Assembly: GCA_029856105.1 (NCBI GenBank)
Contig: JAHQWH010000015.1
Location: 64,001-128,000 of the forward strand
Length of the DNA: 64,000 nt
Reading direction: 5' to 3'
DNA from: Promethearchaeia archaeon
Lineage (GTDB): Archaea; Asgardarchaeota; Lokiarchaeia; Sigyniarchaeales; SOKP01
This document shows, piece by piece, positions 51,683-61,194 of the stretch. The notes under the pieces were generated by a model. The model was given only the letters and a program-made list of their open reading frames with translations, was not told the origin of the DNA and searched no databases. Numbering within the stretch: the first letter of the stretch is position 1; the number at the start of each line of letters is the position of its first letter. Made by a program: the position numbers and the translations under genes.

Positions 51683-53119
51683 CTAACTACCCCAACCATG
51701 TCCTGGATTCATTATCATATTTGGATCCAAAAGCTTTTTTATTTTTTTGATCAATTCGTTAGTAGCGGGTAATGTCTTTTCCTCATATACCTCATGAGCC
51801 CAAAGTGGAGCCTTATACATTACAACCCCATCAATTGATTGAACTTCTTCATGGATTTCCTTTAATACTTGTCGAGCAGACTCAATTTCCTTAGGATCGT
51901 CTTTATTAAAATTTATGTTAGTTCGAGCAACACAATAATGACCACCAAATAAAATTCGGGAATAAAATTGCGGAGTACGCCCGTATTTTAAGGCTTTTTC
52001 TCTTGCTAAAGCGTAAAATTTCGCGATATCTCGAGTTGAACAATAACTCCCAATCCATTGACCCCCACCGCCCCTAGAGAAATTCCAACACCCCCATAAT
52101 TGAATTGGTATCGTACTGAGAAGATCTGTATCAATTCCTTGGGGTTCGATAAGCCTACCTTCTTTTAAAATGGTTTCAATTGCTTCGCATTGAGCTTCAT
52201 GTTGTTTTTGGGTATATGCCTGTGTGGTAATAATTCCTGTGAAATCGGGTAATTTTTTTTCTAAGGGATCTATAGGAATATTTTTTTCATTTGCAGCTAA
52301 TGTCGATTGAAGCCACCCATAGTTTTGAATTACAAGATCACATATACCTAACCCCACCTTCGAAAGTTTAAGCATAACTGGGACTCCAACATCCATAGTC
52401 CTCCCAACCACAATATAATTCCTTCGATATGGTAGTTTTGGCCATAGTTTTATGGCTGCTTTAGTCACGATTCCTGTAGAGCCTTCCCAACCAATGAACA
52501 AACCTGCTAAATCGGGTAATGGTTGTCTTCCGTACCAGTAATCAGAAAGACAACAAGAGCCTACTTTCACTAATTCACCTGAACCTAAGACAGCTTCTAA
52601 ACCATTGATGAATTCTGCTCCAGTTCCACCAAGCATTCCCAAGTCAAACATACCATAGCATAAGCAAGAAGCTACTACTCCCGTTCCGGGTGGTGACCAC
52701 GTTACGCCCGCTCTTAAATCTGGATTGTTTTTTTGAAGGAAACCTTGTAAATCGGCCCATGTTGTTCCGCCTTCGACTAAAGCATACATATCATCTTCAT
52801 TCACTTCAATTATTCGATTCAGCCTTCTCAGGTCAACAACGATCCCTCCCTTTACTGGTGTAGCAGTAGAACCAAAGTTGATCCCCGAAACCCAAGGTAT
52901 TATTGGAATTTTGTGATTATTTGCAATTTTAACGATTTCTTGGACTTCTTCCGCTGAATTTGGCATTATTACAATATCACATATTCCTTCTGGTTCAGCC
53001 GTGATAAAATCATAGTGGTAGAGAAATGTTATTTCAGGTTGATCTGAGACATATTTTTCTCCAACAACTTTTCCTAATTCATTAACTATTTCGCTATTAA
53101 TCATAATTAATTCACCCAT
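51683..53119 (-). CDS. FAD-binding oxidoreductase (GlcD / VAO-PCMH family), copy 1
   Basis: GGIVVDLRRLNRI, VEGGTT, GLEAVLGSGE, DLAGLFIGWEGSTGIVTK, LDPNMIMNPG. Confidence 0.9.
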   Translation of the reverse strand: MGELIMINSEIVNELGKVVGEKYVSDQPEITFLYHYDFITAEPEGICDIVIMPNSAEEVQEIVKIANNHKIPIIPWVSGINFGSTATPVKGGIVVDLRRLNRIIEVNEDDMYALVEGGTTWADLQGFLQKNNPDLRAGVTWSPPGTGVVASCLCYGMFDLGMLGGTGAEFINGLEAVLGSGELVKVGSCCLSDYWYGRQPLPDLAGLFIGWEGSTGIVTKAAIKLWPKLPYRRNYIVVGRTMDVGVPVMLKLSKVGLGICDLVIQNYGWLQSTLAANEKNIPIDPLEKKLPDFTGIITTQAYTQKQHEAQCEAIETILKEGRLIEPQGIDTDLLSTIPIQLWGCWNFSRGGGGQWIGSYCSTRDIAKFYALAREKALKYGRTPQFYSRILFGGHYCVARTNINFNKDDPKEIESARQVLKEIHEEVQSIDGVVMYKAPLWAHEVYEEKTLPATNELIKKIKKLLDPNMIMNPGHGWGS

Positions 53120-53215
53120 TAAATATTATTAATTCAATCCCATTATTTATACAATTTTTATTTAACCAAATTATTATTTAAATATATAGAAACATGAATA
53201 GAAATCTCGTCAGTA

Positions 53216-54316
53216 ATGAGAAAAAAAATTAAAGTATTTGGAGCGTCAGTTGATGCGAGTGACTTCCCTCTTAGTATTCAGATGAAACTTTCCTACTTAA
53301 ATCAATTAACTCAAAATATTGGTAATAAATCAAATTTCATTGATCCCTATGAAGCTTTTCTTATGCATTCTAATATTTTAAAAGAGCAAAAATTCCTCAA
53401 GATTGGTAAATTCCCTATTGACTCTTGGCTAACACCTAAACCCAAACTGGAGGACTTCCACCTAATAAATCAATTTAATTTCTCAAAATTTACAAATGAT
53501 GGCTTATTAAAACCAATTTCTGATAAACTTAAGAGATATATAAACGTTAATGTATTACCGGACATTCCCTTAATGATTGGAGTCGACCACTCGTTAACGG
53601 GAGGTGTTTTAACTGCTCTTTCCAAAGAATATGGATCTGAAAATCTATTAGTCTTAATTTTTGACGCTCATTTTGATGGGTTACCAGCAAATATATCACT
53701 CGATATCTCAAAATACACAAGCGATCATCCCAATGAAGTAAATCCTTTAATACCTGAATATAATTATTCACAAATGGAAGGTATTGAGATTAATAATACT
53801 TACACTTGTGCTTCTTTTCTAAATAATTTGATAAATGATAAAATCATAAGACCTGAAAATTTGATAATTTTTGGATGTCAAGATTATCCAGATGAAAAAT
53901 ATCGAGCTTTAAATGATCCAAGAATTGTAGAATTTGTTGAGTTTTATGATACAATGGAAAGAAACGGTGTTAAATTCATACCCAAAGCAGAAACTTCACA
54001 AATGCTTGATAGACTAAAGCAAATCCTAAAGGATACAGTGAGATCAAATTTTTATCTGTCCTTTGACGTAGATGTTGGTGCCTTAAAAGAAATTATTGCT
54101 TGCCGATTTAGAAATGCTCTAGGACTTGATCAATCAACAATCATTAGTGCTGCTAAAATTATTAACAACATAATAAAAACATCAGATAATAAGCTAGTCG
54201 GTCTTGATGTGATGGAAATTGAAACTCATTTATTAAATAGGGTTTTTCCTAAGTCAGGTAGGGAAGATCAAACAATTGAAGTGGTGGATAATTTTCTTAG
54301 AATCTTATTTTACTAA
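53216..54316 (+). CDS. Arginase/agmatinase (ureohydrolase) family protein, divergent
   Basis: GVDHS, DAHFD, SFDVD, GLDVME. Confidence 0.8.
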   Translation: MRKKIKVFGASVDASDFPLSIQMKLSYLNQLTQNIGNKSNFIDPYEAFLMHSNILKEQKFLKIGKFPIDSWLTPKPKLEDFHLINQFNFSKFTNDGLLKPISDKLKRYINVNVLPDIPLMIGVDHSLTGGVLTALSKEYGSENLLVLIFDAHFDGLPANISLDISKYTSDHPNEVNPLIPEYNYSQMEGIEINNTYTCASFLNNLINDKIIRPENLIIFGCQDYPDEKYRALNDPRIVEFVEFYDTMERNGVKFIPKAETSQMLDRLKQILKDTVRSNFYLSFDVDVGALKEIIACRFRNALGLDQSTIISAAKIINNIIKTSDNKLVGLDVMEIETHLLNRVFPKSGREDQTIEVVDNFLRILFY

Positions 54317-54359
54317 ATCTTAAAAATAAATGTAAAAAAAATAGGAATTATTTTAATAA

Positions 54360-54758
54360 TTATTTCTTTTCTTCTCTTAGATAGAAATAAGTATTGAAGA
54401 CTATTAATACTATCATTACTATGGTGTCTAACCAATGAAAGATGAGATTAGTTGCTGAGCGAGTTACGTAAATAATCGATGTAACATTGACAAGGACAAA
54501 TATAATAAGGCCAATAATTGCATACTGGAAAAACAATTTGATATAATCCCAATCTCCCTTAATTATTCCAAGCAAAACTGTAATTCCCATAGCTAATAAA
54601 GCTCCACCAAAAAGTCGCCAAAAGTGAGGGTCAAAATACGGTGCATCATTAAGAGAATAAACAGTTTCTGGAAGAAACACATACATTATACCATAGACAA
54701 ATGCGACGATCATGTTAATAATTAACACAATTTTCATTTCTTTTGAGAATTCTGCCAT
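54360..54758 (-). CDS. Small 4-TM membrane protein
   Basis: Four hydrophobic helices and RLFGGALL. Confidence 0.78.
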   Translation of the reverse strand: MAEFSKEMKIVLIINMIVAFVYGIMYVFLPETVYSLNDAPYFDPHFWRLFGGALLAMGITVLLGIIKGDWDYIKLFFQYAIIGLIIFVLVNVTSIIYVTRSATNLIFHWLDTIVMIVLIVFNTYFYLREEKK

Positions 54759-54922
54759 GATTTATATACCTTGAATTTCGTTTTATTAAAAAATTATAAA
54801 TAAATAATATGCTATATGAATATAAAAGTTTTTACTAAAAAGTAAATTAAAGTGCAATACTGAAATAATTTAATAATTTAATAGCTTGATATTTTATACA
54901 AAATTATAAAAAGAAATAAAAG

Positions 54923-54990
54923 GTATATAGAATAGGAGGAGGATTGGTCTGAGAAGAATCAAACCAAACTCAATCCTCTGTTCTATATGC
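54923..54990. other. Long intergenic stem-loop (candidate structured RNA or terminator)
   Basis: gtatatagaatag+gaggattg pairs with caatcctc+tgttctatatgc; an alternative inner stem ttggtctga/tcaaaccaa overlaps it. Confidence 0.5.
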
Positions 54991-55238
54991 AGATTAAAGA
55001 TTTCAACCCTCGATGAGACTTTCTCTCCTTAAGTGCTATCTCTTACCTATGGATACTCAATAAGAAATGAGTATTTAATTCTATTTATAGTTTTTATTGT
55101 GGAATATTCATGGAAGTTCTGAATCGTAATGGAATTATGACTATTAAAATGAATAGAAAATAAGATTTTATAAATTCTCATGGGGATTCTGAGAAGAATA
55201 AAGCAGTCTAGTAAATACAATAAAGGTAAAATTTTGAA

Positions 55239-55946
55239 TTATTTGAGTATGAAATATAATCTCCTGTTGTTCTTTCCTTTATTTGCAGTTTTAAGGATTT
55301 CAATCTTACCTATTTCGTTCAAATTTTTAACGTGCGTTCCACCATCTACTTGTTCGTCTATATCTCCAATTTTAATAATACGAAATTCCTTAATGTTTTT
55401 CGGTAATCCTATTGCTAATCTGGCCAGTTCTGGTTTTTGTAGAACTTCTTCTCGAGACATATAACCTATTGTAACAGGTAGATCTTTTTGGATGATTTCG
55501 TTTGCTTCATTAACATAAGCCCGTAGCTTTTCAGGTGAATAATCCTCCATTGAGAAATCCATTCTTGCTTTATCTAATTCAATCTGGTTGCCTGTGATTT
55601 TAGCGTTCGCTCTTCGGAATAGAAGATTTGAGACGAGGTGACAAGCAGTATGGTAACGCATATAAGTATATCGCCTTTCCCAATCAATTTCGCATGTAAC
55701 CAAGTCTCCTTTTTTCAATCCCAGTTTTTCTACTTCGTGGCTAATTTCCCCAGAAAATTTGCCTACATAAACAACCTTGAATTTTTCACCGTCTTTAATT
55801 ATATAACCCTCGTCCCATGGTTGACCGCCTCCTTTAGGATAGAAAGCTGTTTTATCAAGGATAATATATTTATCATCTTTCACAGAAACAACTTTAGCGT
55901 TCCAATTCTTTAAATAGGAATCTTTCATGTATAATGCTTCTGTCAT
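55239..55946 (-). CDS. alaX: AlaX-M trans-editing (alanyl-tRNA editing) protein
   Basis: LYMKDSY, LDKTAFYPKGGGQP.D.G, IDWERRY..MRYHTACH, DGGTHV. Start placed at ATG 55946. Confidence 0.9.
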   Translation of the reverse strand: MTEALYMKDSYLKNWNAKVVSVKDDKYIILDKTAFYPKGGGQPWDEGYIIKDGEKFKVVYVGKFSGEISHEVEKLGLKKGDLVTCEIDWERRYTYMRYHTACHLVSNLLFRRANAKITGNQIELDKARMDFSMEDYSPEKLRAYVNEANEIIQKDLPVTIGYMSREEVLQKPELARLAIGLPKNIKEFRIIKIGDIDEQVDGGTHVKNLNEIGKIEILKTANKGKNNRRLYFILK

Positions 55947-56201
55947 AGAGAATAAGAAAGTAGTTACACTTATAACTTTATTCTTAAGATTTTCTGGCAA
56001 TTATCCAAAATCTCTAAAATCAACCAGTTGGTAATTGAAGAGATAAGCAATATGGACGAAAATATTGAATCTTATTTTCACATGGAAATTTGAAGCGTTA
56101 CCCTAAAACCCTAGCGGGGGTTGTCAACACACATCTAATATTTATATGTATATCTCATTCAAAAAAGGGTATATTATATATATTTAAGCGGAATCTATTT
56201 A

Positions 56202-56312
56202 TCATTTGAATCTTAGCGTAAAAAAGCGCGTAATCTTTTTGCATACTTTGCAATAGTAGTAACCTTCTTCTGTACCAATTGTTTTAGTTTTACAGTTCGG
56301 ACAAAATATCAT
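56202..56312 (-). CDS. 36-aa zinc-ribbon microprotein (absent from the ORF track)
   Basis: Manual translation: MIFCPNCKTKTIGTEEGYYYCKVCKKITRFFTLRFK*, with two CxxC knuckles. Confidence 0.65.
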   Translation of the reverse strand: MIFCPNCKTKTIGTEEGYYYCKVCKKITRFFTLRFK

Positions 56313-56493
56313 TCTAAATCAATTGATAAAGGTTGCGATTTATTTTAAAGTTTGAAATTATAGGAAAAAAGTACGCTTTAATTTTGATTAATATTTAAAA
56401 AAGTTAGTGTTTAAAGAAAAACTATAAATTTTAAATAATTTAATATAAATCTCAGAGATATCAATTTGAAAAATAACCGAATTTTTTATTCAA

Positions 56494-57534
56494 GTGAAGC
56501 GCATGAAATTTGTTGAATATAAGAACGAAAAATTTGAAATCAAGGATGGTTTTCTAGATCTTGGTTTATTAGAAATTAAAGATATCTCTGAAATTGAAGG
56601 TTTAGACAAAGTTGATATAATTCATTTAGAACTCAGTTCAAATGAGATTACGGAAATTAAAGGACTGGAAACGCTTCAGAGCCTAGAAATGTTAAATTGC
56701 GGAAGCAATAATCTTACCGAAATTTCGGGATTAGACGAATTAGTAAACCTAAAAATCTTGCATTTAGCATCAAATCAAATTACAGAAATAAATGGGCTAG
56801 ATAGTCTTACCGAGTTAAAGGAATTATATTTAAGAGGGAATCAAATTAATAAATTGAGCGGGTTCAATTCCTTAACTTCGCTTCAAAAATTAGATTTGTC
56901 TTGGAACGTAATTAGTAATGTAGAAGGGCTTGAATTACCAAATTTAGAAGTGTTATGGCTTGCTGGAAATCAGCTAGCAAAAATCGGGGGACTTAAAGAT
57001 CTAAAAAATTTGAAAGTTTTGAATGCGGCAGGTAATCTAATAACTGACATTAAGGGGCTTAAAAACCTGAAAAATTTAAAGGAATTATATCTAAATGATA
57101 ACCAAATACAAGAATTAAAAGGTTTAGAATCTCTTACTCAGTTAGAAACGTTGTGGATTACGGCAAACCAAATTGAACTGATTAAAGGTCTAGATAACAG
57201 TAAAAATTTGCAAGTTTTAAATTTAAAGGATAATAAAATTCGCGAGATTAACGGATTATACTCGTTAACGAAATTAAATAAGTTATTTCTTTCGGGGAAC
57301 GAGATAACTTTCATAAAGGGACTTGAGACCCTTCAAAATTTAGAGACATTAGATTTAGGAAATAATCAAATCAAAAATATAAGTGGTTTAGAATCTTTAA
57401 CTATTTTAAAGGACTTATGGCTTCATGGGAATCAAATTGAAGAAAATTTACTCGCGCAATTAGGAGGAATTGATTCTAGCGGATGCGCTTTAGAACCGTT
57501 AAAGTTTGTAGAATATTGTTTAATTAATCTATAA
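56494..57534 (+). CDS. Leucine-rich repeat protein (SDS22-like 22-aa repeats)
   Basis: About 12-13 repeats of LxxLxLxxNxIxxIxGLxxL. Confidence 0.92.
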   Translation: MKRMKFVEYKNEKFEIKDGFLDLGLLEIKDISEIEGLDKVDIIHLELSSNEITEIKGLETLQSLEMLNCGSNNLTEISGLDELVNLKILHLASNQITEINGLDSLTELKELYLRGNQINKLSGFNSLTSLQKLDLSWNVISNVEGLELPNLEVLWLAGNQLAKIGGLKDLKNLKVLNAAGNLITDIKGLKNLKNLKELYLNDNQIQELKGLESLTQLETLWITANQIELIKGLDNSKNLQVLNLKDNKIREINGLYSLTKLNKLFLSGNEITFIKGLETLQNLETLDLGNNQIKNISGLESLTILKDLWLHGNQIEENLLAQLGGIDSSGCALEPLKFVEYCLINL

Positions 57535-57558
57535 AAGTTCGTTTTAAGAGATAAAAAA

Positions 57559-58335
57559 TCAGATTTCCAATATATCAATTAAACTTTTTTTTATCTCCTG
57601 AAAGCATTTTGATTCTTCGGGAATTTCAATTATAGATTTACCTTCTAAATCATATTTAGTAATGACATCATCTTCAGGAATTGATGCGATTAATGGTAAA
57701 TCGAATTCTCTAAGCGTATCCAGAATATTACTAATATCACCTTTAACTCTATTTATTATAATGCCTATTTTTTTATAATTTGTAAATTTATTAGCGCTTT
57801 TTCTAATTGACTTTGCAGTGTCTATACTCCTTAGAGATATATCTGAGATAATTAAGATAATATCAACAGATTTAATTACCATACGGTTAATTTGTTCAAG
57901 TCCCGCTTCACAGTCGATCAAGACGACGTCAAAGTCGCTAGAGATTGATTCTATAACTTTTCGAAGCAAAGCGTTCGAAGGACAGAAACACCCTGGACCT
58001 TCGGGCTGACCAATTGAAAACAGGCTATAGTCTTTACTCTCCTTAATAGCACTATAGACCTCAAAATCTATGTTCTCTGCTAACGTTTTGATATCTCTTT
58101 TTTTATTTATTGTTTTATCAATTAATTCGGCTCTGACCATCTCGAGACTTTTCTCTGGAAGTAAATTAACCATTTTACTAAGATGTGGATGAGTAGGGTC
58201 TGCATCAATTAGTAATAATTTATAATTATAAGAGATTGAAATTGCTTTAGCAATAAGAGTTGTTACAATCGTTTTACCAACGCCTCCTTTTCCGACAATA
58301 GCAACTATAAGCGGTTTTTTTATCTGGTTATTCAT
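57559..58335 (-). CDS. cooC: CooC/AcsF-type nickel-insertion ATPase
   Basis: GKGGVGKT, IDADP, GPGCFC (CxC), DCEAGLEQINR. Confidence 0.9.
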   Translation of the reverse strand: MNNQIKKPLIVAIVGKGGVGKTIVTTLIAKAISISYNYKLLLIDADPTHPHLSKMVNLLPEKSLEMVRAELIDKTINKKRDIKTLAENIDFEVYSAIKESKDYSLFSIGQPEGPGCFCPSNALLRKVIESISSDFDVVLIDCEAGLEQINRMVIKSVDIILIISDISLRSIDTAKSIRKSANKFTNYKKIGIIINRVKGDISNILDTLREFDLPLIASIPEDDVITKYDLEGKSIIEIPEESKCFQEIKKSLIDILEI

Positions 58336-58358
58336 TTAATATACCTTAATTTATTCGT

Positions 58359-59126
58359 TTATTTCTCAATCTCCTCTCTTGAGACTAATACTTGCTTAAT
58401 ATCTAAACATTCTTTTTGATAAGGACATATTTCACATCCCCAATCGTAATCACAGTCAATCCTTTTTTTCCATTCTTCTATTTTCTTTCTCCATTTCTCT
58501 TTAAATTTATCTGTAATTTCTGACGATAACCTAATGAATTCTTCAATAGAATCAGGATATGAACTGATTAATATAACTTCTATAGTTTTAATTAAACCTT
58601 TAAATTTTTGTTTGTATAGTGAAATAATAGCATTTCCTAAAAATTCGAACGAAAATCCTTTCTGTAGGGCTGATGTACTTAATCTGCACCAAAACCTGCG
58701 AGGAATAGTTCGAATGGAAAACCCTTCTATGCCATTTGAGATAAAACTCAATTGCCTTAACTCATTTATATCCTTCTCTGTGCTGTTCTCGACTCCAATT
58801 AGAATCATCATCCCAAAATCCATATTATTATCCAAATTTTCATCAATTTCTGGACCTAATAAACTGATCTTTCCAGTTTCGATTAGTTGAGCCTCTTCAA
58901 TTGGAAATACTATTGAGAAGGATTTCTTTTTCATCCCACCAAGTTCTATACCCGTCTCTTCTTCAAGGATGATTTCTTTAAATTTATTTAATTCAACTTT
59001 GAGCCCAAAATTATTTAAAAAAGCAGTGTGATTCGAGTCTGAACGATAAAAGATCAAGGGCTTTCCGCGCTTTCGTTCCTTTTCCAAGAAATCTCTTATC
59101 TTTTCTATAATAATTTTGTTTTGCAT
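58359..59126 (-). CDS. Stand-alone protein resembling the acetyl-CoA synthase (CdhC/AcsB) middle domain, with a C-terminal 4-Cys motif
   Basis: IELGG, GKISLLGPEID, IEGFSIR, W.R.S..A.QKGFSF..LG; ends CDYDWGCEICPYQKEC. Confidence 0.7.
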   Translation of the reverse strand: MQNKIIIEKIRDFLEKERKRGKPLIFYRSDSNHTAFLNNFGLKVELNKFKEIILEEETGIELGGMKKKSFSIVFPIEEAQLIETGKISLLGPEIDENLDNNMDFGMMILIGVENSTEKDINELRQLSFISNGIEGFSIRTIPRRFWCRLSTSALQKGFSFEFLGNAIISLYKQKFKGLIKTIEVILISSYPDSIEEFIRLSSEITDKFKEKWRKKIEEWKKRIDCDYDWGCEICPYQKECLDIKQVLVSREEIEK

Positions 59127-59271
59127 TAATTATAATAAACCTTCTTTACTTTTTAAAGAGGATCTTAATATTTTCATAAAAAAAGATTTTAAATTCCCAA
59201 ACGATTAACTATTTAAATTCTAAAGTCAATTTTACTTTTATATATACTAAAATACTAGTAGGAATATAAAA

Positions 59272-59694
59272 ATGATTTCGATTCAAAAAGGAGAAGATTT
59301 GATTACAATTACATTGCAAAATATTTTAAGTTATAGGAAAGACGATGAGGATTTCATAAATCTAGTCTTAAACTGGAATAAAACAGTTTTAATTGAGATT
59401 GATGGTTTTTACCCAGTCGAAGTTATATTTGACCGCAACGAAATAAAATTTAAAACAAAAGATTTTGATAAAAAGATAAATCTGAAAGTAAAAATGGGCA
59501 TATACACATTTTTAGATTTGGCATTTGGTAGATTAAATCCTATAAAAGCATTTCTTAAACGTAAGTTTAAAATAAAAGGATTGTTTAAAATTGGAACTGT
59601 GTTAAAATTCATGAAAATCTTTTTAGTAACGATGAAAATGGTTGCTTCAGACCCTAACAATAATTATTTTGAATTAAATAAGGAAACAAGATAA
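59272..59694 (+). CDS. SCP2 sterol/lipid-carrier domain protein
   Basis: FLDLAFGRLNPIKAFLKRKFKIKG matches the SCP2 C-terminal pattern. Confidence 0.8.
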   Translation: MISIQKGEDLITITLQNILSYRKDDEDFINLVLNWNKTVLIEIDGFYPVEVIFDRNEIKFKTKDFDKKINLKVKMGIYTFLDLAFGRLNPIKAFLKRKFKIKGLFKIGTVLKFMKIFLVTMKMVASDPNNNYFELNKETR

Positions 59695-59712
59695 TGAGGT
59701 GAAAAAAAATAC

Positions 59713-61194
59713 ATGACCGAAACAAAAGAAAGAAACATGTATGAGAAGATAAGCAAAGAGGATGTGTTTAAAAAGTTAGTTGAAATATTTGGAGAAAAAT
59801 ATGTAACCAATAAATCAGGAGATTTATACCCATATTCGTACGATATGACCGAATGTAAGCCTCACATGCCTGATTTCATAGTTATTCCTGAAAAGACCTC
59901 GCAATTAATCGAATTAGTTAAGTTTTGTAATTCCAATTTAATTCCAATTGTTCCTTACATATCTGGAAATAATGTAGGGGGTTTAACGATTCCGGAAAAC
60001 GGTGGAATTCTCGTTGATTTTGGTAAAAAGATGAACAAAATTTTGCATATTGATAACATTATGATGTACGCTCTATTAGAACCTGGAGTTACCTTTGGTC
60101 AATTGAAAAAACACTTAGACGAAAATTACCCTCACCTAAGATATAGTTATCCTTATGCCCCTCCATACGCAGGGGTTGTTGGAAATGTGATATTGAGTGG
60201 TATGAATAATCTCTCGTGTAAAATTGGATCGATGGGCGATTCAATTAACGGTTTAGAAGTAATTACTGCTGGCGGCGAAATCGTTAGGATAGGTTCGTGC
60301 TTTTATGGAAAGAACGAGGCATCACCCGATAGTTGGTGGAGTAGATATCCTATGCCAGATTTAATGGGCCTCTTTATAAATTGGCAAGGTATGACAGGTT
60401 TAGTAACCAAATGCGCCGTTCAACTATGGCCTAATCTACCCATCAAACAAACCTATATCGCAGTAGTTTTTAGACTCACAGATGTAGCTTCAGTAATGAG
60501 AGAAGTTGGTAGAACTGATGTTATAGACGATATTTCAGCAGTTAGCATCGAAGTAGTAAAGATGGCTGTAGAAATTCCTGAACCTAAAAAATTTCCGGGT
60601 GAACCCTATTTCGCAGTAATGTTTTCAATCTCGGCAAAAACAAAAAATCAATTCAATGCTAGAATGGAAATTTTATCCAGCGAAATCGAGATTTTAAATA
60701 AACAAGGAAAAAAAGTTATTTTGATTAATGCTGACGAGTACGTCAAATTATTTAATTTAAGACTTAGGTGTTACCTCGATTTACCGTCCGTAGTACTTCC
60801 ACTAGTAGAGTATTCAGGCTTAACTTGGTTTGGTTCGTACGCTCCAAGTCACAAACTCGAGGAACTAATCGAAAAGGTGTATAAGTTATTTAATAAACAC
60901 GATATAACTCCATTTATTTACATGAAAATGATGAAATCAAGTCATTACGCGATCTTTCGTCCTATTATGCGTTATAACAAGTTTAAAGAAGGCGAAGAAG
61001 AAAGATACCACAAGTTGTTAGAAGAAATAACTGATGTAAGCGTCGATTTGGGATGTATACCATACAAAACTCCTGCTTGGATGACAGAAAAGATGCGCAA
61101 GAAGATTAACCCAGGATGGATTAACCTATTTGAAAAAATAAAGAAATGCATGGACCCACACAGCATATTTAACCCCGGAAGGTGGAATACATAA
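59713..61194 (+). CDS. FAD-binding oxidoreductase (GlcD / VAO-PCMH family), copy 2
   Basis: YSYD, GGILVDF.KKMN, EPGVT, GLEVITAGGE, PDLMGLF, DPHSIFNPG. Confidence 0.9.
   Translation: MTETKERNMYEKISKEDVFKKLVEIFGEKYVTNKSGDLYPYSYDMTECKPHMPDFIVIPEKTSQLIELVKFCNSNLIPIVPYISGNNVGGLTIPENGGILVDFGKKMNKILHIDNIMMYALLEPGVTFGQLKKHLDENYPHLRYSYPYAPPYAGVVGNVILSGMNNLSCKIGSMGDSINGLEVITAGGEIVRIGSCFYGKNEASPDSWWSRYPMPDLMGLFINWQGMTGLVTKCAVQLWPNLPIKQTYIAVVFRLTDVASVMREVGRTDVIDDISAVSIEVVKMAVEIPEPKKFPGEPYFAVMFSISAKTKNQFNARMEILSSEIEILNKQGKKVILINADEYVKLFNLRLRCYLDLPSVVLPLVEYSGLTWFGSYAPSHKLEELIEKVYKLFNKHDITPFIYMKMMKSSHYAIFRPIMRYNKFKEGEEERYHKLLEEITDVSVDLGCIPYKTPAWMTEKMRKKINPGWINLFEKIKKCMDPHSIFNPGRWNT

Noticed and set aside
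56095-56132. GC-rich patch ccctaaaaccctagcgggggttgtcaac as an IS200/IS605 end or riboswitch
   Set aside because: Only a short imperfect hairpin, with no transposase/TnpB nearby and no recognisable aptamer consensus.
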